Source: an uncultured Ruminococcus sp.
GTDB taxonomy: Bacteria; Bacillota; Clostridia; Oscillospirales; Acutalibacteraceae
Direction: 5' to 3'
Assembly (NCBI GenBank): GCA_905234535.1
Contig: CAJOII010000001.1
Coordinates: 5,148-69,147 of the forward strand
Length of the DNA stretch: 64,000 bases
Both the position numbers and the translations under genes were made by a program. Positions 9,883-21,477 of the stretch are shown here, in pieces. The number at the start of each line of letters is the position of its first letter. Within the stretch, counting starts at the first letter, position 1. The notes beneath the pieces are model-generated. The model saw only the letters and a program-made list of their open reading frames with translations, made no database searches and was not told where the DNA came from.

Positions 9883-10476
9883 ATGAAAAAGGCCCATACC
9901 TACATCGCGCTCCCCGAAGGGTACCGCGAATACTTTCATGTCAATCTGCAAAAGGACAGGAAGACTGCCTTGTTCGTCAATATCACAGCGCTCGTCGTCG
10001 GGATATTGATGTTCGCGCTCGGACACTTCGCATTTGTTTCGATCACAGATCTGTATGACATGGACGACGGGCTGCTGATCTACTTTGGCAGGATCATCGC
10101 GCTGCTCTTAGGATTCGTCATCTATATCGTACTTCACGAGCTGACCCACGCTGCAGTGATGAAGTTCTTCGGCGCGAAGAAGCTCAGGTTCGGCTACACG
10201 GGGATCTATGCCTACGCAGGCAGCGAAACCGACTTCTTCGACAAGCACGCGTACATTCCCATTTCTCTGGCGCCGCTGATTGTATGGGGAATCATCTTCA
10301 CCGTGCTGCTGATCGTTGTGCCGCGATCGTGGTTCTGGGTAGTCTATTTCTGGCAGATCGGAAACATCACGGGCGCGATGGGCGATCTCTATGTCACCTT
10401 CAAATTCTCCCCTATGCCGAAGGATATCTTGATCAGGGATACCGGAACCGAAATGACGATCTACTCCAAAGCATAA
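9883..10476 (+). CDS. DUF3267-like membrane protein with HExxH motif (putative zincin peptidase)
   Basis: Start moved to ATG 9883 behind AAAGGAG RBS; multiple TM segments; HELTHA motif. Confidence 0.65.
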   Translation: MKKAHTYIALPEGYREYFHVNLQKDRKTALFVNITALVVGILMFALGHFAFVSITDLYDMDDGLLIYFGRIIALLLGFVIYIVLHELTHAAVMKFFGAKKLRFGYTGIYAYAGSETDFFDKHAYIPISLAPLIVWGIIFTVLLIVVPRSWFWVVYFWQIGNITGAMGDLYVTFKFSPMPKDILIRDTGTEMTIYSKA

Positions 10477-10477
10477 A

Positions 10478-10511
10478 GAAAGGCTGTCAATTGATTTGAC
10501 AGCCTTTTTTA
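10478..10511 (+). terminator. Intrinsic terminator
   Basis: AAAGGCTGTCAA-TTGA-TTTGACAGCCTTT hairpin followed by TTTTAT. Confidence 0.7.
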
Positions 10512-10808
10512 TGAAGAGATAAGAAGTAAGAGCGAAGAGCGACGGTCACTCGCTTCGCTCGGACAATTGAAGTTACAATGATTGTCATTATCTAATAGAA
10601 AATCCGGATTATATATGTAGGGAAGGCGCCCTCGACTTGCCGAAAGTTTTCTATCAGAAGCCTTTTTCCCAAGCAAATCTCTGTAAAACGAATATACCGC
10701 GCAATCTTTGCTTCGCAAGAAAAAGAGAATTGACCACAGTGTATCGGCAAGTCGTGGGCGCCTTGCCCTACAGCTGTGAACCGACAACTGCGAACTGACA
10801 ACTAACGA
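10512..10808. repeat. Mosaic intergenic repeat (rcD-rcC, then P arm / ~100 nt / inverted P arm, rcQ)
   Basis: Same modules as 5939-6108 in reverse complement; 27-nt inverted P arms at 10617-10643 and 10744-10771. Confidence 0.85.
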
Positions 10809-11357
10809 TCACACTTCTAAAACCGTGATCTTGTTAAAGTCGATCTCATACTGCGACTGCACGGCGTCCTTGATGATCAGAGGAGAATTCTCCTTGATCT
10901 CATCCTTTAAGACCGCAACCGAACAGCCCTCATCGGAAAGAAAACACAGACACTTTGAGAAGCCCTTCGTCTTTAATATCCCCTCGATATTCGACTGAGC
11001 GAGGATACGGTCTTCGAGCTCTTTGAGCTGTTCTGCCGCCTCTTCCTTCGCGTCATCCGAAGAGTCTGAGAGCGTCAGGGTATCCTTCGCGATGGAGAGC
11101 GCTTTGTCCTGTGCCTGTTCGCGGTCGGTAGCGGCTTTCGCAAAATACTCATCCGACGCCGACAGCGCCTTTGACGCGGTCTTTGCCTCATCGTTCGTCG
11201 CAGACGCGTCAGCGCTGACATAGGTCGCCTTGCCGAGCTCCTTGGACGAAGGAGAGATCATCGACGAGGTATCCGAGAACCGCCAGTTGAGATATACCGC
11301 CGCTCCCAGCGCGATGATCAAAGCGGCGAGGACGATGTGTCTTTTCTTGATTTTCAT
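10809..11357 (-). CDS. spoIIIAH: Stage III sporulation protein AH
   Basis: 182 aa; single N-terminal TM, acidic/Ala-rich linker, last gene of an eight-gene spoIIIA-ordered operon. Confidence 0.8.
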   Translation of the reverse strand: MKIKKRHIVLAALIIALGAAVYLNWRFSDTSSMISPSSKELGKATYVSADASATNDEAKTASKALSASDEYFAKAATDREQAQDKALSIAKDTLTLSDSSDDAKEEAAEQLKELEDRILAQSNIEGILKTKGFSKCLCFLSDEGCSVAVLKDEIKENSPLIIKDAVQSQYEIDFNKITVLEV

Positions 11358-11382
11358 AGTATTCTCCTTTGATTTATTTTGA

Positions 11383-11799
11383 CTATTTCAGCTTTGTGAT
11401 ACTGACTTTATCCGAGGTGATATCTAAGGACTTCGTTACGGCGGAGAGCACCCTCGCGACCACCGTCGCGTTGTCTCCCCCGTCACAGACGATCACCACG
11501 CCCCTGACGGTGGGAGTAATGCTCTTGAGCTTGGTATCGGAGTTCTTCAGATAGACATTCTCCCCCGCGTTGTCCATCGTGAGAAAGATCTTCGCCTCTC
11601 CGACGCCGTCGATGGATGAGAGGATATCGAGGAGCTGGACTTTGAGCTCTTCTGCGTATTTTTCGGTATTTTTATTTTCTAAAAAAGAAAAATCAATCAC
11701 CGAAGAGAGAAAGATCAGCACGATCGCGATCATCCCGATGACCACAGCGATCTTAGCTGCCTTCTGACTCTGAAACAGCGCTTTGATAGGATTCTTCAT
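11383..11799 (-). CDS. spoIIIAG: Stage III sporulation protein AG
   Basis: 138 aa; N-terminal TM plus C-terminal VRGVVIVCDGG ring-forming-domain-like motif; operon position. Confidence 0.8.
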   Translation of the reverse strand: MKNPIKALFQSQKAAKIAVVIGMIAIVLIFLSSVIDFSFLENKNTEKYAEELKVQLLDILSSIDGVGEAKIFLTMDNAGENVYLKNSDTKLKSITPTVRGVVIVCDGGDNATVVARVLSAVTKSLDITSDKVSITKLK

Positions 11800-12262
11800 A
11801 AATGATGATCTTCGGCTCCTTTGAAAAATTCCTGTATATGATACTTTCGATATTGCTTCTCTGATAGATGTCCCTGCTGTCTATATATATGACGATACTC
11901 TTGACGGATATGCTCCCGCTGTCGGATTTTTTGAGCGAAAGGCGGATATCCCGCGCAGTGATACCCTCATTCTGAAGAAGCTCATTCGCAGTAAGCACCA
12001 AGCGGTCGGCGCATTCCTTCATCACAGCCTGCTCAAACGAACCATCCTCCTCAAAAGGCTCCTCATATTCTTCGACGGCAAATCCGAGATCGATCCCCGC
12101 GATCAGTTCTTTGACAGGAAGGATCAGCGAGCAGATCAAAAAGAGGGATAACACCAGATTCATCATCTTCTTCATCCGATTCTGCGGCACAAGCATCGCA
12201 GTGATCGCGCAGACCACCGCGCCCATCGAAAGCACCATGCTGATGTCAGATAACGCGCTCAT
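11753..12262 (-). CDS. spoIIIAF: Stage III sporulation protein AF
   Basis: 169 aa; two N-terminal TM segments; operon position between AE and AG. Confidence 0.75.
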   Translation of the reverse strand: MSALSDISMVLSMGAVVCAITAMLVPQNRMKKMMNLVLSLFLICSLILPVKELIAGIDLGFAVEEYEEPFEEDGSFEQAVMKECADRLVLTANELLQNEGITARDIRLSLKKSDSGSISVKSIVIYIDSRDIYQRSNIESIIYRNFSKEPKIIIYEESYQSAVSESEGS

Positions 12263-13383
12263 GGCGCGCCTCCGGCGCCGATCATCATCGCCGTAGAGAC
12301 AACGAAGACCGACAGCACACTGATCAATACGGCAAATAGCACCGTCAGCGCCGACGATACCGCCGAGAGCAGCTCCCGCACCGTATCGGCAGAAAGCGTC
12401 TCTGCCGCAGCCTTACAGAGATTGACGGACAACATCATCAGCACCACCCTCACCATCACCGGCAAAAAGGAGACCGCGAGCGCCATGATCACGAACACCC
12501 CTACCCCCGATCGCAGTACGCCGACGCTTGAGGATATCGCGCGGTACGCCTCTGACAAAGACGCGCCGACGATCGGGATAAACGACGAGAGCGAGTAGCG
12601 CACGCCCCGAGATACGACCGAGTCATACGCGCCCGCGGACACTGCTTTAAGCGATAAAACGCCCGTAAACAGCGTCATCACAAATAATAACGCCCACTTG
12701 ACGAATTTCGTGATCATCTCACAGATCCCTCTGAGCTTGACCCTGTCGGTCAGGACCGACGAGATGCTCAACGCGAGGTAGAACGACATCAGCGGAGCGA
12801 TCACCCTGTCGGAGAGCTCGGATACCGCGGAAGAGGCGGTCATCATCGCCGAATAATACCCCGCCGATGAGATCATCCTGCCCGAAAAGGACAGTATGGC
12901 GATCATCACCGGTATGTAGAGCGTCATCAGGCGCGCGGCGGCCGCGGTCACCGATGATACCGCCGTGACCAGCGGGAGAAGAGATGCGGACAGAAGCGAC
13001 ACCACTGCCGCCGCGGACACCGACCCCATCACCTCCCGCATCGGCGTGCGGGAGAGCGAATCGCGGTAGGACTCACAGACCGATGTGACCAGTATCACCG
13101 ACATCACCGAGATCAACAGCGTCACAGGGGCGCTTAAGTTCTCTCTGAGCTTATCTGATAACAGCTTCATCACAGACGAGAACGATATTGCTTCAGAAGC
13201 CGCGCGATAGTCATCGATCCCGATCTCGCTGAGGTCTTCGATCACATCATCAGAGAGCTGACTTTTCAGCTCCCTTAGCTGATCGTCAAAGTCATCGATC
13301 GTCTGCGCTTTTGCCGATATCGAGAACAGGATCAAGAGGATCGGCACAAAAAGCAGGATCTTACACATTCTTTTCATCATCAT
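12259..13383 (-). CDS. spoIIIAE: Stage III sporulation protein AE
   Basis: 374 aa; signal peptide then polytopic membrane protein; size and position match SpoIIIAE. Confidence 0.9.
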   Translation of the reverse strand: MMMKRMCKILLFVPILLILFSISAKAQTIDDFDDQLRELKSQLSDDVIEDLSEIGIDDYRAASEAISFSSVMKLLSDKLRENLSAPVTLLISVMSVILVTSVCESYRDSLSRTPMREVMGSVSAAAVVSLLSASLLPLVTAVSSVTAAAARLMTLYIPVMIAILSFSGRMISSAGYYSAMMTASSAVSELSDRVIAPLMSFYLALSISSVLTDRVKLRGICEMITKFVKWALLFVMTLFTGVLSLKAVSAGAYDSVVSRGVRYSLSSFIPIVGASLSEAYRAISSSVGVLRSGVGVFVIMALAVSFLPVMVRVVLMMLSVNLCKAAAETLSADTVRELLSAVSSALTVLFAVLISVLSVFVVSTAMMIGAGGAP

Positions 13384-13770
13384 CTACCCCGCCAGCTGTG
13401 AGATCACGGAGAAGATCTCCGTAAAAAGCGGCAGCGCGGTAACAAGCACCAGCACCTTGCCTGCGGAGAGCACCGCGGTAGAGAGCGAGAGCATCCCAGC
13501 CTGCGTCGCGGTATCGCACGAGAACTCTGTCAGAAAACAGATACCGAGCGTTTTGAGTAAGATCAGGATATAGTCGGCGCGTATTCCGCTCTGATCAAAC
13601 AAGTCGGAGATCAATGCAATATTCTCCGCCGTCTCTCTGACAAGTGACAGCAGGATCAGCGCCGCCGAGCCGATGCAGATCAGCATCGATTGCTCCGCGC
13701 TGTAGCGTCTTACCGTGACCGCGAGGATCGCCGAGACGATCGCCGCCGCGCATATGATCAGGATATTCAT
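13384..13770 (-). CDS. spoIIIAD: Stage III sporulation protein AD
   Basis: 128 aa polytopic membrane protein, operon position. Confidence 0.9.
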   Translation of the reverse strand: MNILIICAAAIVSAILAVTVRRYSAEQSMLICIGSAALILLSLVRETAENIALISDLFDQSGIRADYILILLKTLGICFLTEFSCDTATQAGMLSLSTAVLSAGKVLVLVTALPLFTEIFSVISQLAG

Positions 13771-13961
13771 AGCCCGAAGGTGCTCTTGACGGTCGAAAAC
13801 AGATCGCTGATCTGGGAGATGATCATCATCATCGCGACCACCAGCCCCGCGATCGTGGTCAGAAGCGCCTGTTCCTCCCTGCCGCTCCTGATTAACAGCT
13901 GATTGAGCACGGCGACAATGATCCCGATCGCCGCGATGCGAAAAATCATATCAACATCCAT
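13767..13961 (-). CDS. spoIIIAC: Stage III sporulation protein AC
   Basis: 64 aa two-TM protein, 4-nt overlap with AD, operon position. Confidence 0.9.
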   Translation of the reverse strand: MDVDMIFRIAAIGIIVAVLNQLLIRSGREEQALLTTIAGLVVAMMMIISQISDLFSTVKSTFGL

Positions 13962-13978
13962 TATGTATTATATCCTTT

Positions 13979-14431
13979 CTATAACAGCAGGAGCGCCAGC
14001 GCCGTCCCCGCGGAAAATCCCAGGATGCGGCAGAGCTTCGACTTCTGGCTGATTTCCTCCTGCGCTTGCTTTTCTTGTTCAGAGAGCAGAGAGATGTAGA
14101 GCTTGATGTGTCTGAGCTGTCCCTCTGCGTCCGATACGCCCAGCCCCCTCGCAAACTCACAGAGCAGCTCTGTATCTTTCTTTGAGAGGATCCGCTCGTA
14201 CTGTCTGAGCATATCCTCCCATTGAGGATAAAATTCTTCTGAAGAATTAAATTGAACCATATCAAACAGCTCATACACGGTCGCCGCACTGTAGGAGATC
14301 TTGCTCTGCGCCGTTTCGAGCTCTTTGATAAAGGAGGACAGCGTCTCCTTCCGCTTATACAGCCTCGACGACAGGAACTGTCCGACGAAGCACCCCGCGC
14401 ACACGATGACAAGACAGAGAAAAAGCCTCAT
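13979..14431 (-). CDS. spoIIIAB: Stage III sporulation protein AB
   Basis: Start moved to internal MRLFLCLVIV (ATG 14431) giving ATGA overlap with spoIIIAA stop; ~150 aa with N- and C-terminal TM. Confidence 0.8.
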   Translation of the reverse strand: MRLFLCLVIVCAGCFVGQFLSSRLYKRKETLSSFIKELETAQSKISYSAATVYELFDMVQFNSSEEFYPQWEDMLRQYERILSKKDTELLCEFARGLGVSDAEGQLRHIKLYISLLSEQEKQAQEEISQKSKLCRILGFSAGTALALLLL

Positions 14432-15345
14432 TCTGCCGCCCCAGTCCCGACGATCTCTCGGATGCTGCCCGCTTCTTCTCTCCCCTTTAGAAGCACGGTA
14501 TAGGAGAAAGCGCCGGTAGAGAGCAGTCTTCTCACGGGCTCTGACGAGAGGTCGCCGCTGTGAATACTCGCGATCAGCGACGCGCCGCAGCGGCCGCACT
14601 CTCTGACAGCGACGAGATCATCCATCCCCGACAGCTCGTCACAAACGATGATCTGAGGCGCCATGGATCTGAGCGCGTGTGTCAGCGCTGTCTTCTTCGG
14701 ATAAGAGACAAAGACATCGCACAGCCCGACATCGTTCTGCGACCTGCCGTCTTTCGACGCGGAGAGCTCCCGCCGCTCGTCGATCAGCGAAACCTTATAT
14801 TGATAAGAGAGCGTTCTCGCGATATCTCTGATCAGCGTCGTCTTGCCCGACGCGGGTTCTCCCGCGATGAGCACGCCTTTCATCGGATCGACGCCGCTTA
14901 AGAGATCATCGGCGCATCCCTTGAGCTCTCTCATAAGACGAAAGCTCAGCGAGCTGATGTCTCGGATATTGACGATCTTTTCTCCATCCGTGACCGCGCT
15001 GCCGCACAGCCCGACCCGACAGCCGCCGTCTAAGGTAAGATATCCCTCGTTGATCTCATGCTGAAAGCTGTGGACAGAATAGGAGCATATTTTTAAAAAT
15101 GTACTTTTGATATCGTCTGCCGTGACTGTCAGGAGCGGCTGATCGGAGAGACTTGAGACCAGACAGCGGTTTTCGGTCAGATAACACCTGCGCCGCGCGG
15201 TCTCAATCACTAAGGGACGATCGAGTCTTAAGACGATCTCCCGCGCGTCACCCGAGAGCGCCTGCGCGTATTTTTCAAGCGGAGCGGACAACCGCTTCGG
15301 CAGCACAGAGCAGATCTTCTTCCATCCCTCGTTTTGACATTCCAT
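14428..15345 (-). CDS. spoIIIAA: Stage III sporulation protein AA (AAA+/secretion-type ATPase)
   Basis: 305 aa; Walker A GEPASGKTT; first gene of operon. Confidence 0.9.
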   Translation of the reverse strand: MECQNEGWKKICSVLPKRLSAPLEKYAQALSGDAREIVLRLDRPLVIETARRRCYLTENRCLVSSLSDQPLLTVTADDIKSTFLKICSYSVHSFQHEINEGYLTLDGGCRVGLCGSAVTDGEKIVNIRDISSLSFRLMRELKGCADDLLSGVDPMKGVLIAGEPASGKTTLIRDIARTLSYQYKVSLIDERRELSASKDGRSQNDVGLCDVFVSYPKKTALTHALRSMAPQIIVCDELSGMDDLVAVRECGRCGASLIASIHSGDLSSEPVRRLLSTGAFSYTVLLKGREEAGSIREIVGTGAAE

Positions 15346-15363
15346 TCATCTCGCCTCCTACTA

Positions 15364-15395
15364 AGATGTATGAAGGCTTGGACAAAAATAGAACC
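15364..15395 (-). promoter_or_regulatory. Candidate sigma-E-type promoter of spoIIIA operon
   Basis: CATACATCT (-10-like CATACA-T) ~25 nt upstream of spoIIIAA start with TCTATT-like -35 region; overlaps ligA terminator tail. Confidence 0.35.
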
Positions 15396-15415
15396 CCCGT
15401 CCGAAGACGGGGGTT
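15384..15415 (-). terminator. Intrinsic terminator after ligA
   Basis: AACCCCCGTC-TTCG-GACGGGGGTT hairpin followed by TCTATTTTTG on the minus strand. Confidence 0.75.
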
Positions 15416-15433
15416 ATGATCGTATATTCGTTT

Positions 15434-17428
<1,995 letters not shown>

Positions 17429-17437
17429 TTATGCGCC

Positions 17438-18013
17438 TCATCTTCTGACGGCGGAGGTGCCCTTCTCTCTGAGATAGGTGCTCTCCAGATCAGCTAAATG
17501 GAGCTTGACCGCCAAGGGATAGCGCTCGTACGCCTGGCTGATCGCAAAGCCGCCGCCCTCGTCGAAACCGCCCATATGCCAGCGGATCGCCATCGCCTCG
17601 TCGATCTTCAGCCGCATAAACCGCTCGATCAGAAAGACGGACTTCTCGCCGTGACCGTAAGGAAAGCTGTCCTCGACGATATAGTACGGCACCTTCTCCC
17701 ACTGACCGGTCTCGTCGTTCTTGACATTTCGGGTTGAGACCTTGTAGAACTGCGCCTTGCACAGATCGTGCAGCAGCGCGCAGATCGCGAAGCTCTCAGG
17801 GTTGTCCGTTTCTTCATCAAAGTGCTTCTCCATCAGGGTGTTATAGACGCTGACGGAGTGCATCACCAGACCCGACTCGCACGCGCAGTGAAACTTGGTC
17901 GACGCGGGCGCGGTGAAGAAGTCGGTCTTCGAGATCCACTCGAGCAGCTCCTTCGAGCCCTTGCGGGAGATATTCTCCTCGTATATTTTGATGAATTCTT
18001 CTTTCGCGTTCAT
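17438..18013 (-). CDS. HD-domain phosphohydrolase
   Basis: Start moved to MNAKEEF (ATG 18013), which removes overlap with upstream gene; H...HD motif (ALLHDLCK). Confidence 0.7.
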   Translation of the reverse strand: MNAKEEFIKIYEENISRKGSKELLEWISKTDFFTAPASTKFHCACESGLVMHSVSVYNTLMEKHFDEETDNPESFAICALLHDLCKAQFYKVSTRNVKNDETGQWEKVPYYIVEDSFPYGHGEKSVFLIERFMRLKIDEAMAIRWHMGGFDEGGGFAISQAYERYPLAVKLHLADLESTYLREKGTSAVRR

Positions 18014-18020
18014 AAAAACC

Positions 18021-18581
18021 TCACAGCATCTTCTCATCATAGACGGCTCTTGCGCCGCCGATGAACTTCGCCCTTGTCCGCGCGGAGGAGACGAACGCCT
18101 CACCGATCTTCTTCTGCGGCAGTCTCAGCGGGACCGCGGTCTCCTTTAAATGCATACCGATCAGGGTGCCGCCGATATCAACGCCGGCGTCCGCGCGGAT
18201 ATGCTCCACCAGCACGGGATCACGGAAGGTCTTGTAGGCTGTGGTGGCGGAGGATCCGCCCGCCTTGGGCTGAGGAACGGCGTTGACGATGTCAAGCCCT
18301 AACTTTAAAGCGAGCTCTCTCTCGATCACCAGAGCGCGGTTTAGATGCTCGCAGCACTGAGCGGCAAGGTAGATCCCCTTTTCTCTGAGGATCGGATAGA
18401 AGCTCTCATACAGCGCCTTCGCGACATCCTCGCTCGAGTGAGTGCCGATGCGGTCGCCGATAATCTCTGAGGTAGAGCAGCCTAAGACGATGATGCTCCC
18501 CTTCGTAAGATGGGCTTCTTCGATCAGCTGTGTGAAGACGAGCTTCGCGTCGTTTTGAATACTTTCGTACATAACTATCAC
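18021..18581 (-). CDS. TIGR01440/UPF0340-family protein
   Basis: 186 aa; VLGCSTSEIIG...GTHSS pattern typical of this conserved Firmicute family (recognised from memory). Confidence 0.7.
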   Translation of the reverse strand: MIVMYESIQNDAKLVFTQLIEEAHLTKGSIIVLGCSTSEIIGDRIGTHSSEDVAKALYESFYPILREKGIYLAAQCCEHLNRALVIERELALKLGLDIVNAVPQPKAGGSSATTAYKTFRDPVLVEHIRADAGVDIGGTLIGMHLKETAVPLRLPQKKIGEAFVSSARTRAKFIGGARAVYDEKML

Positions 18582-18638
18582 CTTTTTTCGATTAGAAAAG
18601 AATCGGGCACCCCTCAGGATGCCCGAAATGTTCTGTGA

Positions 18639-20876
18639 TTATTCAGCCTCGGTCTCTTCTGCGGGAGCAACTTCCTCAGCGGGAGCTTCTTCAACAGGAG
18701 CTTCCTCTGCGGGAGTCTCTTCAACAGGAGCTTCCTCAGCGGGAGCCTCTTCAACAGGAGCTTCCTCTGCGGGAGTCTCTTCAACAGGAGCTTCTTCAGC
18801 AGGAGCCTCTTCTACGGGAGCTTCTTCAACAGGGGCGGGCTCTTCAGCGGGGATCTCGTCCTCGAGGTCTACGACGGGCTTCTCTTCGGGTTCTGCGACA
18901 GCAACGACCTCATCCTCGGTCGCTTCGACAGCAGCCGGCTGAGCCTCGGGCAGCAACGCGCGGATAGAGAGGCTGACTCTCTTCTTATCAAAGTCGATCG
19001 CGATGATCTTCGCCTCGACCTCGTCGCCTACCTTGAGCTCGTCAGAAGGCTTCTCGATCCTCTTGTTGGAGATCTGAGAGATGTGAATCAGACCGTCGAT
19101 GCCGGGGATGATGTTCGCAAACGCGCCGAACGCGGTGAGGCCAACGACCTTCGCCTTGACAACGGTGCCAACGGGATACTGACGCTCTAAGATCAGCCAC
19201 GGGTTGTCCTCGGTCTTCTTGTAGCCTAAGGAGATCTTCTTGGTCTCGGGGTTGATGTCCTTGATATATACTTCTACGGTATCGCCAACATTGACGACTT
19301 CAGACGGATGCTTGATCCGAAGCCAACTAAGCTCAGAGATGTGGATCATACCCGAAACGCCGCCGAGATCGACGAACGCGCCGTAAGAGGTGAGGGTTCT
19401 GACGGTGCCGGTATAAACCTTGCCGACCTCGCAGTTCTCCCAGAACTCTGCTCTCTGCTTCGAGAACTCGTCGCGGAGAACGGACTTGATGGAACCGATG
19501 ATCTTTCTTCTTCTGCCGCGCTGAGAGAACTCGATCAGTCTGAACTGTACTTCCTGACCCTTGAGCGCTGTCAGATCAGCGTCTCTCTCCATGGTAGCCT
19601 GAGAAGCGGGGATGAATACGCGGATATCGTTCGCGACGACGATCACGCCGCCGTTGACGATCTCGGTAACAACACCGGTGAGGACAGCCTTCTCTTCATA
19701 CGCCTTCTCGAGCTCTTCGAAGCCCTTCTGAGAATCGACTCTGCGTTTGGAGAGCATAATGGTGCCTTCGACATCGTTGGTCTTCATGATCAGAAGCTCC
19801 ACTCTGTCGCCGATCTTAACCACTTCATCAGCGGAAGAAATAGGAGTAGCGGACAACTCATCCAGCGGGATGAACCCGGTCTGTTTTCTGCCGTCAACTT
19901 CAACATACACTTCGTTCGGAGTGATGCTCGCAACAGTACCCATGACCCTTTCGTTAGTATTTAAGCTCTTCAAGGACTCCTCTAACATAGCCTCGAAGTT
20001 TTCGTTTTCATTTGCGCTGGATGTGATATTCTCATTCATTGTATCCAGTACCTCCTTTATTATCCTGTCAGGCGTCGAAGCGCCCGCTGTAACGCCGACG
20101 CGTTTAGCAGAAGAGAGCTGTGAGAGATCGAGATCCTTCGCTGTTTCGATGTGGATGGTGTTTCTGCAGTTCCTCTTACAAATCGAGACGAGCTTATTTG
20201 TGTTGGAACTGTATCGGTCACCGATCACAATCATACAGTCGGACTCTTTCGACAGCACCGCCGCTTCGGCCTGGCGCATTGACGTAGCATTACATATTGT
20301 ATCAAATATTTTTGCGTTTGTATATACTTTTTTGAGAATTTTTAAACATTTTTTCCAAATTTCTTCATCAAATGTGGTCTGAGCCACTACACAAACACCA
20401 TTATAATTCTCAAAAGGAATTATTTTTAGAATTTCTTCAAGCTCTGCTTCGTTGCGGAATGCATAATAATCCGTTTTCGCAGAGCTCAGGATCCCCTGTA
20501 CCTCGGGATGATCCTTGTCGCCCGCGATCAGGATCAGGCTGCCTTTCTCGCTCTCTTTCAGCACGATGCGCTGGATCTTTGAGACAAAGGGACAGGTAGC
20601 GTCGATGTACCTGATCCCGAGATCGTTGAGCTCTTGATACACATCGCGCGTCACCCCGTGGGAGCGGATGATTACCGGAGAGAATCCCTTCGCTTCTTCG
20701 ACGCTGTCGACGGAGACGACGCCGCGATCAGAAAGCTCCCTGACCATCTCCTTGTTATGGATGATCGGGCCTAAGGTACAGCCCTTCTCCCCTTTATCGG
20801 CGGTATCGAAGGCGATCTTCACCGCGCGGCTGACGCCAAAGCAGAAGCCCGCCGTGGACGCGACCTTAATCTCCAT
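18639..20876 (-). CDS. ispH: Bifunctional 4-hydroxy-3-methylbut-2-enyl diphosphate reductase / ribosomal protein S1 fusion
   Basis: 745 aa; N-terminal IspH ([11 protein letters not shown]), then four S1 OB repeats, then acidic xP(V/A)EE tail. Confidence 0.9.
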   Translation of the reverse strand: MEIKVASTAGFCFGVSRAVKIAFDTADKGEKGCTLGPIIHNKEMVRELSDRGVVSVDSVEEAKGFSPVIIRSHGVTRDVYQELNDLGIRYIDATCPFVSKIQRIVLKESEKGSLILIAGDKDHPEVQGILSSAKTDYYAFRNEAELEEILKIIPFENYNGVCVVAQTTFDEEIWKKCLKILKKVYTNAKIFDTICNATSMRQAEAAVLSKESDCMIVIGDRYSSNTNKLVSICKRNCRNTIHIETAKDLDLSQLSSAKRVGVTAGASTPDRIIKEVLDTMNENITSSANENENFEAMLEESLKSLNTNERVMGTVASITPNEVYVEVDGRKQTGFIPLDELSATPISSADEVVKIGDRVELLIMKTNDVEGTIMLSKRRVDSQKGFEELEKAYEEKAVLTGVVTEIVNGGVIVVANDIRVFIPASQATMERDADLTALKGQEVQFRLIEFSQRGRRRKIIGSIKSVLRDEFSKQRAEFWENCEVGKVYTGTVRTLTSYGAFVDLGGVSGMIHISELSWLRIKHPSEVVNVGDTVEVYIKDINPETKKISLGYKKTEDNPWLILERQYPVGTVVKAKVVGLTAFGAFANIIPGIDGLIHISQISNKRIEKPSDELKVGDEVEAKIIAIDFDKKRVSLSIRALLPEAQPAAVEATEDEVVAVAEPEEKPVVDLEDEIPAEEPAPVEEAPVEEAPAEEAPVEETPAEEAPVEEAPAEEAPVEETPAEEAPVEEAPAEEVAPAEETEAE
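18648..18850. repeat. In-frame tandem repeat (15/30/60-nt period) encoding ~14 xP(V/A)EE pentapeptides
   Basis: Near-identical 30-nt and 60-nt units visible directly in the sequence lines 18661-18840. Confidence 0.9.
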
Positions 20877-21477
20877 ACTTCTCGAGATCCTCCGCCCTGA
20901 GCGCCTTGATATGATCCATGATCTTTCTGCTCGCCATGCGGAACTCGCGCGCCTTGCCGTTCTCGAGACCGAGCTCCTCTAAGCTCAGAGGCTTTCCGAA
21001 ATGCACCACCCTGCGCTTCTTGAGGTTCGTCACGCACACGGGGATCACCGGCGTCTTGGTCTCGTAGGCGATCAGCGAGACGCCGTTCTTCGGCGGCAGG
21101 AACTCGCCGGTCTTGGAGCGGGTGCCCTCGATGAAGATACCCATCAGGTAGCCGTCCTTCAGGATCTGTTCAAAGTGATCGATCGAGCTGCGGTCGCCCT
21201 TTCCCCTTTCAACCGGAAAAGCGCCTAAATGGGTGAAGAACCAGTTCGCGAACGGATTCTTGAACAGCTCCGCCTTCGCCATGAACATGATCTGCCGTCT
21301 GATCGCGGTTCCGATATGGATGGGGTCGGTCGACTTGAGATGGTTCGACGCCAGGATAAAGGCGCCCTCCTTCGGCACATTCTCTCTGCCGACATAGATC
21401 AGCCTGTCCTTCAGATAGAAGATCGGCTTAAAGATCGCGCGGATCACCGCGTAGAAAATATGTGTTCTCGCTTTCAT
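20866..21477 (-). CDS. plsC: 1-acyl-sn-glycerol-3-phosphate acyltransferase
   Basis: 203 aa; HX4D motif (NHLKSTD), FPEGTR-like IEGTRS motif. Confidence 0.85.
   Translation of the reverse strand: MKARTHIFYAVIRAIFKPIFYLKDRLIYVGRENVPKEGAFILASNHLKSTDPIHIGTAIRRQIMFMAKAELFKNPFANWFFTHLGAFPVERGKGDRSSIDHFEQILKDGYLMGIFIEGTRSKTGEFLPPKNGVSLIAYETKTPVIPVCVTNLKKRRVVHFGKPLSLEELGLENGKAREFRMASRKIMDHIKALRAEDLEKYGD

Noticed and set aside
10509-10801. 92-aa and 69-aa minus-strand ORFs between the DUF3267 gene and spoIIIAH
   Set aside because: They are composed entirely of mosaic repeat modules that recur in both orientations elsewhere, and they have no RBS.
13951-14599. The 206-aa version of SpoIIIAB and the overlapping 153-aa Arg/Ser-rich ORF
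   Set aside because: The extension overlaps the 3' end of spoIIIAA by ~170 nt and is Arg-rich. The internal start gives the usual ATGA coupling and a TM-first protein. The 153-aa ORF is an alternative frame of the same gene.
18619-18967. Ser/Ala/Gly-rich and Leu/Gln/Glu-rich repeat ORFs on the plus strand
   Set aside because: They are mirror images of the acidic pentapeptide repeat at the 3' end of the ispH-S1 gene and have no independent start signals.
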